Assembly: GCF_000143415.4 (NCBI RefSeq)
Contig: NW_003314266.1
Location: forward strand, 60,452 to 124,451
DNA: 64,000 nt
Source: Selaginella moellendorffii
Lineage: Eukaryota > Plantae > Lycopodiophyta
Direction: 5' to 3'
The translations under genes were made by a program, and so were the position numbers. Numbering within the stretch: the first letter of the stretch is position 1; every line of letters starts with the position of its first letter. Positions 49,151 to 61,571 of this stretch are shown one piece after another. Below the pieces are notes generated by a model, which had not been told where the DNA came from, ran no database searches, and saw only the letters and a list, made by a program, of their open reading frames with translations.

Positions 49151-49481
49151 CGGATGCTCTCTTCTCTATCAAGCAGCAGCTGGGTCCTTCAAATGCAAAT
49201 CTCTCTTCTTGGGCTGGATCCGATCCTTGCAATCCTCTGTGGAATGGTGTCGGATGTACTGGAAACCGTGTTACAGCTCTGTAAGTCTTGGAAACTTTAA
49301 TTCCCTTTGTGATTGGTGTGTTGTGTTTGTATATCAGGAACTTGACAGGGTTTGGCTTGATCGGAAGCTTTCCAGATGAGCTGGGAAACATCACAACGCT
49401 GGCAGATCTTGACCTCCAGGAGAACAACATTACGGGGCCCGTGCCAAAGTCCTTGTCGAGATTGTCCACACTGAGATCACT
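49151..49481 (+). pseudogene. Stranded N-terminal exons of an LRR receptor-like kinase or protein
   Basis: Exon 49151-49280 encodes LRRNT (LSSWAGSDPC..WNGVGC). A 144-nt exon at 49338-49481 encodes two LRRs. Splice sites are intact but there is no signal-peptide exon and no continuation. Confidence 0.8.
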
Positions 49482-51094
49482 GTAAGTTTACAGCAACAAA
49501 CTTCGTCTTCTTTTGTTAGGCTTGAGAGAACTTATCAAGAACTTATCTCACTCCTTTCCCATTTTTCAGGGTAAACCATCTAGCAAGAGGGTGTTGGGGG
49601 AGGTGGTGATGCTTCTAGCAGTGAATCCTCAATCTCAGATCGCATGGTAAAGATCGCATCAATGGAATTCAAATTCCACTCAAGGAAGCCTCTAAGATTT
49701 ATCATGAGTGTCAACTCAGAAAACAAATGTGGAGGAGCTTTCCTTTGTCCAGCCCCACTACAAAACAATGCCTTGAACTTCTTCATACAGATCACAATGC
49801 CAATATGTGTAGCCAACCTCATCACATGCTTAGTAGTGCATATCACAGCTATGACCATATTTTTGTGTTTGTCCTTAAACATGAACAACAACAATATCAA
49901 CCTCCATCAAAACAAGACCATCTTCTATAGAAAGTGGAGCTAAAAGACATGCAATGAGAAGTGGAAGAGGCAATGTTTTATAATATTGTGCTAATTGAAA
50001 AATATCATTAAAGGTGGCTAAAGCAAATGCATGCATAAAGTCCACAAGATTTTGACAAAGTGTTAGCTAATAACATTCTCAACTTGATTTACTCTAATGG
50101 CTTTACATAAAATAAGGGTTTTAAAAGCAAATGCCAAATTGCATCACTCACTCAATTGGCCTTTGACGAAAATGATATAATTGTTAAAACACATCATCAC
50201 AATTATAAACATGTCCAAATGTATGCTTGAAGATGTTTGGGAAAATATTCTAATCTACATGAGTGGCTACACTCAAACTATTGTACCATTATAATGCCGT
50301 TTGGAGATATGTGAAACTCATACAAATGCCAAGCATCATCTTAAAAATGTGAGGGTTAGTAATAAGAATAGAAGGAGTTGTACTACACGCCATGAATACT
50401 ACCATCAATTGAGTCTAATTGTTCAGTTCTATCTGCATAATATCAAGCAATTGCACCAACTACTATTTCAGAGTCAAAATAGGAAGAGGAAGAGGCTATT
50501 GTTTTGCTATGAAAATTAATAAAAAAGGAATATTAAAAGAGAAGAAAATGGAAAAACTATAAAGGAAGTAAGATCTAGATAATGCAAAAGTTAGATCTAA
50601 ACTAAAAGCTCAAATCTAAGCATTTCTTAGGAATAATTAGAGTTGCCTTATGTGATGGATAAAATATAGAAATGGAATACAAAAAATGTGTATATTAATT
50701 AACCCAAAAACCATAGCTTATATATAAAAGCAAGAGGTATAAATTAAAATCAATATAATAGCTATCAAAATCCCACTATATTAATTTTAGTGTATTGGTC
50801 ATTAATATTAGTATATAACATTGTAGCAATATACTTGGAACTTAAAATATATATTTTTGAGAGGACACCTTACTTAAATAAAAAAAAACTTTATGTATCA
50901 TACAATTTTTAACTAAATTATAAAAAAAATTATTCACTGTGTTTTCACTATAAATTTTACACCTTTGTAAATAAAAGATAAAAACAATAGTTTAGAGTTA
51001 AAAAAGATTTTTTTTAGAAAGATCCCTTAAGTTTAGGTTATTATAAACTGTTAAATTTTAATTTTATCCAGTTTTGGTATATCTTGATTACACT

Positions 51095-51830
51095 TGACTT
51101 TTCATTTTGCATATGAATGCTTTTGATATCGGTCTTGGGGGTGTTTTGATGTAAAAGAGCACAAGTGTCCTTAGTCAATGTCATCCTATTACATATATTA
51201 GGCATACATTACAATCATTAAAGATGAATTATTTCACGATAGAGAAGGAGCATTTTAGTAGTAGTTTGGGGTTTCGAGAAGCTTCATATATATTTATATA
51301 GTTCTTGGACATTACTAAAAAGTGATTATGCTGCAATTACTTCATTATTAAAATGGAAGAACTTTATTAGTTGTACTTCTTAGTGGGCTCTAAAGCTTCA
51401 AATATATAATTTTGAAGTTGTTCATCACTCAAGGAGTTTTATAGTTAATGTTAATACCCTTCCTCAAGCTCTTCTTTCTTCTTCAATCTCTTCTTTTATT
51501 CTTGAAGAGCCTATTATTCTAGCATTTATGAATTTTTTGAATAAGGATTTCATGTTATTGGCAGTTATTATACTTGATGTTTATTGTTCATAAAGCGTAA
51601 AACAAGATTTATTTTCTTTTGACAAAGTTTGCAAGACTCAAAAGGCTGTAATATTTATAATACTCCCCCTCGTGCTATGGAAGGATGGTTGGAGTCAATT
51701 ATAATTTTCTGTCCGCTTAACTTGGTGGCATTTGATATAATAGGGTTTTTTCCATAGTCGACTGTTGGCAATGAATATGTCATTATTGGTTTTCACTATT
51801 TGACTCACTAAATGAATTGTAATGCCATTG
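51095..51830 (+). mobile_element. Decayed Ty3/Gypsy RNase H and start of integrase
   Basis: FILHMNAFDIGLGGVL, HPITY, NYFTIEKE, SDYAAI, WALKLQIYNFEVVH and VAFDIIG. Confidence 0.8.
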
Positions 51831-52008
51831 TTGTTCCACTTGTATGTAGCCTAAGTGTTCAATAGACTCCATTCAAACAAGTGGAAAAATGTTCATCAAA
51901 TATTAATCTTAAGACCTAGCATTAGCAATTTGTAGCAATCACAAAGGTAAATTCAACTTTATTGGTAGTATTGAATCATGATTATATAAGAGTTTATATA
52001 AAGAAGCA

Positions 52009-52500
52009 CTAATAAAACTCTGTACCCCTATGATATATATATACTAGAGAGATGGCAAATAACCATTTTAATTCGAATGTTAAAAGTTCATATATTTCAC
52101 GATCATTCCTTTGAATAAGCTCTTTTATCAAACCATCTATATGTGGATGATAAACACTTGTAAAAGTGTGGTATATCTCCAATTGAGATATTAAAATGTG
52201 AAATGCTTCAACCATAAATGCGAGACCATTATTTGAGAGAATCCACTCTAGACAGAAATGTTAAAACACCACTTAATTAAGGAGGAAGTATCCAACAACA
52301 GTTGCAAATGCATTAGCAAGAACACTAACTTTCCCATCATTGTCCACCTACAGAATATAAAATGAATGCTTTAGTGTTAGTTTGTTTTCTTAACTTTACA
52401 GTATGTAGTTTGTCTAAGGGGCTCCTTGTTCTGTGAAAAGGATTGTATTAGATGTTATAGCAAGTTGGACTACAAGTTTATGAAGTTCGGTATAATGTTC
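52009..52500 (-). mobile_element. Decayed integrase core fragment in the opposite orientation
   Basis: ILSNNGLAF...LEIYHTFTSVYHPHIDG (compare SDNGxxF...YHPQxDG). Confidence 0.7.
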
Positions 52501-53377
52501 AACATGTCAATCCTCCAAACATTATGCATATGCAATGGCTAAAACACTTCGTACAAAGAGATTATGAATAATTAATACCAGCTATAAATCCACTGGTGCC
52601 TTTTCGTGATGTTCTTTCAGATCCTACTGTATTAACTAAAGAATGTTGGCTACCTTCTATCCTTTCAAGAACCAGATGATATGAAATGCAAATGTACAAT
52701 TGTGATGTTATATACTAATATTAATAGTTGTACATTACGATTAATTTAATGGAATTTTGATAGCTATCGGATTGGTTTTAATCTGAACTACTCACTCCTA
52801 TATATAAGCTAGGGTTTTTGGGCTAATAGATATGTTTATTTCTGCATTCCATTTCCATATTTCATGCACTCAAAATATAAAATATATTATGTAAATAAAT
52901 TTTTAATCTTCAAAATAATTATTGTTATTACAAATGAATATAGAATCAATCTATGAAGAAATTAAAAAATAAATATATGAAAAATATAAATTTTGATAAG
53001 ATGATTAAATGTTATTTTCATAAAAATTCTTAAATGCATATGTCTAATTTACTTAGTTTTTTTGATTTGAAACATTGACCAAAACATAACAAAAATCAAA
53101 TATAAAGCACACCAAGTTTACTATCTACTTTATTTAGTATAAATAATAAAATTCAAATTAAATATTATATATTAACTTCATATTAAAAATATGAATTTTA
53201 TAAAATTTTAATATTTAATGTACTTTTGTAAGATCTCATGTTTTAGTAGCTACATATTAACAAACTCTTAGTTAAATATTAAGAAAATAAAAAAATTTAC
53301 TATGTATTGCATGTAGCAACACTTGGTTTGCTTAATGGTAGTGTTATTCCTACTTATTAATCTAATTGATCAAATAA

Positions 53378-53582
53378 AATTTTATAATTATAAGCATGTT
53401 TGTAATTTATAAACACAAGATTAATCTTATTGTATATCAGCCATTAGATGGTAGAGTAAAATAGAATATACTAGAAAGTGTTTAAGAAAGTTTATAAATT
53501 ATAAACATATTTATATTTTATAAATACAAGATTAATCTAAATGAATAAGAACCATTAGATGGTAAAATATTCTAGAATATCC
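53378..53582. repeat. AT-rich tandem duplication of about 110 bp
   Basis: TTTATAAA.ACAAGATTAATCT...CCATTAGATGGTA occurs twice. Confidence 0.7.
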
Positions 53583-54207
53583 AAACATATTCTAAGTATA
53601 TTCACTACCATACAAGGAAACCAAAAATATAAACCTTATTTATTTCAAATTACTTAATCACCCTTCTTACTTAATCAATAATCAATATTGTCATATTCTG
53701 TGCACCTAGCTATGATATAGGTTTGCACTATTTCTACCTGTTTTCAATCTAGGCATAAGCAAGCAATCCTCTAGTTTGTTCTCTACTGGGACACTATAAC
53801 TTACAGTTCAATGTAAACAATAAAATAATGATGTTGAGGATCTCTGGTGGGATTCTTAGAGATCTTGGCAGCCCAGCTTTCAATCTTATGTTGCTCCTTA
53901 AGGTTAAGCCCAACACTTGATGATGTATCATTTTGTTGCTAGTTTCAATTATTGCTACCTGGAAGATTCTAAATTTTTTTTACCTGGATTTGACCATGCA
54001 ACGACATCATGCAAAGAGAGGCCAGCGGATCCTCCCACGCTGGTACCGCCACGTGGACGATCCAGAAATTTTTGGGTTTATACGCATGCCGTAGCTATTT
54101 CCTTATAGAAGAGAGGCTCTCTCACTTTCGATCCAATCCATCGCTGGCATTCTGGAATGCCAGTGTAGTGCTAACAGGAAATAGGGTTTTACGAAGCGTT
54201 TGGAGAC

Positions 54208-56137
54208 ATGGCGCTCCACCACTCTGCCGCCGCCGCTACTGCTCCCTCGATGCTTCAGCGATCGGAGATGCTCTCGGCGCCCTCGGAGATTGCCGCTCTT
54301 AGATTCCCGGCGCTCGATTCGACGAAGAATCTCCGGATCGGTAAGCTCTCTGCTCGAAATATCCGACCGCCTTTTAGATTTTGGCAGCCGGCATTCCTCG
54401 TTCTTGCGCGATCTACATGATTCGTGATCGCGATTCCTCGCAGGTCACAGGCAATGCTCGCCCTCGCCCCGGGCAGTGGCCTCGGCGGCAGCGACGGCAG
54501 GTCCCAAGCGCGAGACGGATCCAAAGAAGCGGGTCGTGATCACGGGCATGGGACTGGTGTCCGTGTTTGGCAGCGATACCGACAAGTACTACGACAAGCT
54601 CTTGGAAGGAGTAAGTGGAGTGGCTGCCATCGATCGGTTCGATGCCTCACAATTCCCTACCAAGTTCGCGGCACAAATCCGGGATTTCTCGGCCAAAGGC
54701 TACATCGATGGCAAGAATGACCGCCGCCTGGACGATTGTCTTAGATACGGCATTGTTGGTGGCAAGAAGGCCCTCGAGCACGCTGGACTAGGAGGGGAAA
54801 ACCTGGATAAGGTAACTCAAAAGCCAACTCTCTACTAAAGCTAAGTTTTTCTCATGAGAACTTGCAGGTTGACAAGCAACGAGTTGGTGTTCTAGTCGGT
54901 TCCGGAATGGGAGGACTCAGTGTCTTCTCGGATGGTGTTCAGTCACTGATCGAGAGGGGCTACAGGAAGATCACTCCATTTTTCATTCCTTACTCGATTA
55001 CCAACATGGCTTCTGCGATGCTGGCTATCGAGCTGGGACTTATGGGGCCGAACTATTCCATTTCGACGGCTTGTGCTACCTCGAACTACTGCTTCTATGC
55101 TGCCGGGAACTCAATCCGAAGAGGCGAGGCCGATATCATGATTGCCGGAGGCACCGAGGCAGCCATTATTCCAGTTGGTCTTGGCGGATTCGTAGCTTGC
55201 AGAGCTCTCTCTCAAAGGAACGACGAGCCTCAAACCGCGTCCCGGCCGTGGGACAAAGGTCGTGAAGGATTTGTCATGGGTGAAGGCGCGGGCGTCCTGG
55301 TACGTGTTTCTTAATATCTCGTCTTTGCTTGAGCTAATGTAATGACCACTCCGTACAGGTAATGGAAAGCCTTGAACACGCAAAGAAGCGAGGCGCTCAT
55401 ATTTTTGCGGAGTACTTGGGCGGTGCAGTGACTTGTGATGCGCACCACATGACCGATCCTCGTGCCGACGGACTGGGAGTGTCGACTTGCATAGAGAAAA
55501 GTCTTGAAGACGCCGGAGTGTCTCCAGAGGAGGTAAGACATCGCGTATTTTGCGTGACTTTCTTCTTTTTTCCTTCAACTACTATTGTGTGCGCGCGTAG
55601 GTGAACTACATCAATGCTCACGCGACGTCGACGGTGGTCGGTGATCTCGCGGAGATTAATGCCATCAAAAAGGTGTTTAGCGAATCCAGCGACATCAAGA
55701 TCAACGCAACAAAGGTATGGAGTTTACAGCTTGATTGCGTTCTAACATCTCATGAAAAACAGTCTATGATTGGACACTGTCTTGGTGCTGCTGGAGGTAT
55801 GGAAGCAATAGCAGTGATCAAAGCGATCACTACTGGCTGGCTCCACCCAACAATCAACCAGTTTGTAAGAAGCTCAAAACTTCCCCGAGTCCTGGATTGT
55901 TTTACTGAGACAAATCTGTTTGTGCTATCCTTTGCAGGATCCCGAGCCATCTGTAAACTTCGATAGAGTAGCGAACGTAAAAAAGCAGCACGAAGTGAAT
56001 GTTGGTAAGCTCATAGAAAAAATCATTTGCTTTTTAGGAAGGATGCGAATGACAAATTGCTCGTCACAGCCATCTCGAATTCGTTTGGGTTTGGAGGGCA
56101 CAACTCCGTCGTGGTGTTCGCGCCATACAACCCATGA
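54208..56137 (+). CDS. KASI: 3-oxoacyl-ACP synthase I, chloroplast
   Basis: RETDPKKRVVITGMG, NDRRLDDCLRY, catalytic STACATSN, YINAHATST, KSMIGHCLGAAGG and SNSFGFGGHN. G-box near 54048 and telo-box near 54183. Confidence 0.96.
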
Positions 56138-57032
56138 AAAGGATGGATTTAAAGAGGCTATTACCTCTGAGAATTTTTTGGGAACTTTTATTTTTATAGA
56201 GGTAAAAATAAAATTACTTTTAAAATGATTTTTACAATTACTAGTTTTTATTTTTCCTTTTTCATTTGCATAGTTGACTTGTGTTGACTATAGTTGACCT
56301 TCAGTTATAACAATTGGAAGAATCCCTCCTGTGGGCGATAGATTCCTTGGTTCCATGAAAGCTCAAAAAGTTTTGCTACCTCGGACAAAATCCTTGGCTT
56401 TTAGATGTGAGTGAAGTTCAGAAGGCTGGATTGGATCGAAATTGTCGAATGGTTTACGGGGGATGTTGCTCAGCTAACGGAAGAAAAGGTGTCTACAGTC
56501 ACTGGATATAGCTTTTCTGGTTTTAACATGTCCTCGACAAAGCGAAATGACAGGTCCCTTTTTTCGCAAACAATTTTCAAGAGATGTAGAAGACACACAA
56601 GAGCTTATAACTCGGCTTGAAAGTCGGCTCCGCATTGCGAGATAAGCTCATGGATTCCGAGTTATTCCGGTTTATTTCCATTCGTCTCGAGCAGCGCTCG
56701 CTTACAGGCTGCGCAAAGACGACCGGAGTCCGTGGAGTGCGTCACCACAGGAGACTTGTGATTGCCTTGCAATATCTGCGCATTCAATGGCCCGGCGAGC
56801 GTAAGCATGGAGTAAGCTTCTTGTATAAATAGCCTTGGGTGTGCTTGGGAATCGAGAACGCGAGAGATCGTTGTTTCTGTTTTTTCGTTCTTTTTTTCTC
56901 GAGCGGCACGCCGGTGCATAGATCTCAGCTTTCATGTAAGCCTTAAATGGATTCAATGGATTCAGGACGCTCTTTCTGCTTCTCACTTGTTCTTTCGTTG
57001 TTGCAGTGTCTAGAGTTTTGGAGCCGGAGGGA

Positions 57033-57472
57033 ATGGATCAAAAGACCGTGACGACGCTGTTGAAAGCGTTTTTCGTCGTTGCTGCTCTCGCGGCTTCCGC
57101 TTCAGCTGACCCGGACCAGCAACCGCCGTGCAACACCTTCATGAGCGTCCTGAGCTGCCAGTCGGCGACGATGAGCGAGAGCACCATGCCCAGCCCGGCA
57201 TGCTGCGCCGCGCTCCGAAAGTTCCACGACGCCGACTGCCTGTGCCAGGTTCTCCTCTCGGCCAGGAGCGCCGCGGCCATCGCCAACGTTCCCTTCAACT
57301 TGAAAGCGGCGCTCGAGATTCCCATGAAGTGTGCGCTGCGCACCGTCAGCGCTCCCCCGGGATACTCCTGCGGAGGTATTGACATTTCTCTGTCTGCAGA
57401 CATGTCTCGTAACTTTGCTCGATCTTGGCAGGCATGGTGGTTCCTCGATCGCCTCCGCCAACTTCTACTTAA
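57033..57472 (+). CDS. Non-specific lipid transfer protein
   Basis: Signal peptide and 8-Cys pattern (PSPACC, DCLC). Exons 57033-57376 and 57432-57472. Confidence 0.85.
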
Positions 57473-60400
57473 AAACCATCGCTTCCAAGATAATCAAGCA
57501 AGCGTCCTTCGTCTCTCTCGCACTGGATCATCTTAGTTAAGTGTGCAGCTATGCCAGTGAATAAAGCTTGGGCTTCGCTCGCTCTAGAGCTCAAGCGTGC
57601 TAGCAACAAATGCACTGTGCTCTCTAGCTTCCATCCAGAGCTCCAGGTAGTGCAGGCCAGCGCCAGCGCCAGCGCTCTCTTGTCAGCTTCTTCCACAGGA
57701 TTCTTGATGTTCTCTCCTCGAGATCTCGTCAGAGAGAGCATGGGTGTGGCTGCTGCTACTGGATCGCGCACTGGGGCCGCTGACTCTTGCTGGCTTCATC
57801 GATTCACAAGCGAGCGCTAGCTTGCGATTAAATGATTCGTCTCGTCGGGTCTATAGTGTCGTCTCGTTCGTGAGCTCTTCTCTCTAGCTTCAAGAGCGCC
57901 AAAGCCGAGGAGATTCGTGAGAGAAAGAGATCCAAATCCAAGAAAGAAAAAGATAAGAGCGTGGACTTTAATTCGTGGCGTAAGTAAGAGGGATCGACGG
58001 ACCCCTGTTATAGAAACTTTCCTCCTCCGTTCCATCCTCGTTATAGTAACAGGTCCCTGTTATGTCACCTCTCTGCCCGAGGTGAAAAGTGGCCCTTGGC
58101 CTAGCTACGGTTTCACGATTCACGAACGGACGGCCATTTTTTCACTTTTTTACTTCGCTGCCCGTACCGTTACTTACCACTGCGGCACTGCCCGCCCGTA
58201 GAGTCGCCATAGCTGGCCTGGGCACAAGCTTCTGTACGCCGTAGCACTCCGTATGGAGAGAAAGAGAGAGAATCTAGTTAACCAGAAATTACCATGTCAC
58301 TCACTCGGGTAAGATCTCCCGGTTCTTACGTGAAGCTCTTTACGTGCGCGCTTGTTTTCTCATTCATGCCGTGGTTATTCTACAGCAAAAATGCAGTATA
58401 TTCCCCGCCCAGGTGTACCGCGAGAGGAATCCGGGTCTCATGTTTCCAACGTGGGGTTGGTCTCGTGCTTGCGTGGCGAAAATCTCTCTCCTGATCTTTG
58501 GAAAAGTTGCTTGTCTTGATTTGCCGACCAAATTTGTTCGCCCGCCCTTTTGCCCTAAAATGTTGTGTACGGACATACATTGAACTGGGGCGAGCGTATT
58601 GTTTATGTTGTCGCCCCGTACTCTACAGGGTCTGGGCTCTTGTCTGGGGCCTGTCGACAGCCTTGTCTAGCCAAGAACACACAGACAGGAGAAATTTTCA
58701 AAGAATTATTGTGTGGATCCACAGAGAGAGAGAGAGAGAGAGAGATAGAAGGAGAAGTAACCTTTTTTTTAATCTTGTTTGTGGGACATTCGCTTTGAGA
58801 GAATGCGAGTGGAAGGAGAGAGAGAGAGACCACAGAGACCTTCTCTTCTCTTTTCTTTTTTTTTTCTTTGCGTTTTTTAGGGTTGTTTTTGTTGCTGGAG
58901 AAGCAGCAGCAGGCATTCATCGCTCTGATTGATCCATACAGCGGCATCGGGGACCGAGCCCTAAAACCAGATGATAGAAATAAACTCCTTTTTTTTGTCC
59001 TCGCTCTCTAAGCCGATCCTTGTCAAAGTTGGGAGTGTCGTGTCTCTCCTTTTTTCTGGACTAGACTGTTTCTTCAATTCCGCTGATTGTGAAAGCGAGA
59101 ATGCAAAGGTGGTGGCAGTGGCAGGGGCACGGGGGGCAACAACCAGGTCAACATATTCGTATTTTAAAGCCCTAAAATCATCCGGATGCAGATCTTGCTT
59201 GCTGCACTACAAATGTGCCCCCGTTCATATTGGTTTTTATAACGCCGCGCGCATCTTTGCATGCCCTAATTTTGTTTGCCAGGTGGTGGAGACTTTTGTG
59301 AGTTTTGTCCCTGCTAAATACCTATAGCTACGAGCCACAATTACTTGCATACCACGTTGGCGCCGGGATCATTTCACGGCTAGCCACCGGCTACGTAGAC
59401 TTAGACCTGACCTGTACGGCCGGGAATACATTGTAGCTGGCGCCAGTAACTACTAGCCAACGTAGACTCGTCATAAGTAAAAACGCTCCAGGTGAAAAAA
59501 AAGAGGCCCTTCCTTTCACCACACTTGAGGGTCGTCGTCAATGCAATTGCGCTGTGGCCTCACGCAACGCAAGAAGAATTGTATCGTTCTAGGGCATTAG
59601 TATAACGTGTATTATAGCTGGCCATGGCCAGTGTGTATGTACCACGGTACAACGCCCCCCATTGCTTTGCCAGGTTCTCGGGACGGCTTTTGATGACGAT
59701 GGCCGGCGGTGGTCCCCGGTTCGAGCCGGGGGTGGAAATGGGCGCGTACGGCCGGCGGCGGGGCGGCCACCGTACGACGGCGGGGAATCGCGGGTGGAAT
59801 ATTTGCGCTTTTGCCCTTTAGCGAGGTGGAAAGGCTTGGGGGGTAATTTTTATCCCTGGTCAGGTGCTCGTGTGTGAGGGTGATTTCTTGCGTGTGTGGC
59901 GTGAGATTTTGATTCCTCTGCGAGAACAGCGACCCGATCGAAACTCCAAGGCGTAAGAGTTTGGGTGATTGAGGTGGCTTGATTCTGTGTGGGGGGGAAT
60001 TTGGGCTATCATAATCACCAGTGACCACCGCCTGCAAAGCGGGAAGCATTAGCCCGTGAATTATTTGGAATGGCATCATTACTTGCTAAGCAATGTCGGG
60101 GAATCCCTCGCTAAAGCGAGTATTCAAATAATTTTTATAAAAGTCAATAACTCTGCAAGAAACATAAACCTCCAAAGCTGGAACATAGCGTTATATAGAG
60201 GAAAATAAAAGGAAAAAAAAAATAAAGAATAAAGATGAGCAAATTTGAGCTTGTTATTGTTGTTTGTATGTTGTCTTGGAGATTCCATCCTCCAATTGCA
60301 CAACATTGCAACACTTCTCTCCTTTTGACAATTGGTCTTACTCTCTCTCTCTCACACACACACGCGCCTTATCCACAAAATGCCCACAAAGTACAATTGG

Positions 60401-61571
60401 AAATCAAAACCCTCACACAGAGCTATCTCACCAACCAGCTCGCTCGCAGCAAGTTACTTTGTTACTTTGTGAAAAGTGAAATAGATGCCGCCGAACATTC
60501 CATAGAACATTCCCAAGCATATTCTGTGGAAAAAGTAAGAGACGTACCTAGATTAAAACAAGGTGTATATTGTGGGCTCCAAGGAAAACAGACCAGAAGC
60601 AAGCAAGGAGACATGCCCCCCAACCGACCCACCATTGGCTCAGCAGGCCCAGGTATATTCCCCCAGTTCCTGCGATGTGGCCCCCACCATGGCCCCCCCG
60701 TGTGTGAGCTCCAAGTGGTCCCCACTTGTGCCGGGTGCCGCATGGACATCCCCACCATGGGCGCGGTGGCGTGGCGACATAAGTGGGCCACCGCGCGGTG
60801 ATCCCCTGCCACGTCATGTGCCCGCCACGTCAGTTGGGACATCCGTAACAACCATACCCATGTTGGACGGTGGCGATCCCTCCCTTTATCCTTTTAATGT
60901 CCTTTCTTTAGACCGGATTTAAAAGTAATCCCCGCTCGGCGGGATACCTTAACGGAGTCCTAGGGTGACCTTAACGGCGTTTGCGGGGGCTTTTGACGGC
61001 GCTAGTTAAAACTTCACACCCAATTGCAAGCAATAGGTGGGCGAGCTCCCGGCTTGGCGATGGACTCCTTTTCGTCGCTCAGCGCCTCCCTCTAAGCGCC
61101 TTGGGCTAGGGTTTCGCGGCGAGGAGGGGTTGCGCTCCACGGCTGGGCGCTAGGGACGGGCAGGGGCTCGGAATATCGTGTTCTTGGAGGGGATTAGGCG
61201 GGGTTGTGCGTTCTTGTGGGCAAAGGTAGACGCGCGGCTCGGAAATTCCCTGAAATTTCGGGGTTTTCTTGTGATTCTAGCGCTAGCTGCTTGTGATTTG
61301 GGTGGAATGGCTTGGAAATTTCGTGTAGGAACGCATCCCCTTTCTCGACGTTGTCTTTGTGACGCTCTCTTTCCTGCCCTTCCATCGATCTGGTCTTGTC
61401 TGGCTTGTCTGGCTTGGAGTCTGGCTTGGAGTCTCTGTGAGATTTCTGTCAAGCATTGGCATCCTTGTCTCAAGATTTCGTATCAGCCGACTCACGATGG
61501 AATTTTCTTCGTCGCAGGGGCTTGGATTTGGGACAAGGATGTGTTACGAGCGGCTTGGCTCGTAGAAGGCG

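Larger units (their letters stand above)
50661..52864. repeat. Inverted repeat pair of about 160 bp (50661-50820 and 52706-52864) bracketing Gypsy pol debris
   Basis: GAAATGGAAT..CCCAAAAACC.TAGCTTATATATA..ATAGCTATCAAAAT..ATTAATATTAGTATATAACA and its reverse complement. Confidence 0.8.

Noticed and set aside
49580-49943. ORFs of about 100 aa on both strands after the LRR fragment
   Set aside because: No recognisable domain. CpG-depleted and probably TE debris.
48320-53280. Possible outer inverted repeat (TAAGAGTTTGTT near 48323 and its complement near 53255)
   Set aside because: The match is too short in very AT-rich DNA to support by eye.
57617-57638. GTGCTCTCTAGCTTCCATCCAG resembling a miR156/157 site or star strand
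   Set aside because: The seed-pairing end is mismatched and there is no adequate precursor hairpin.
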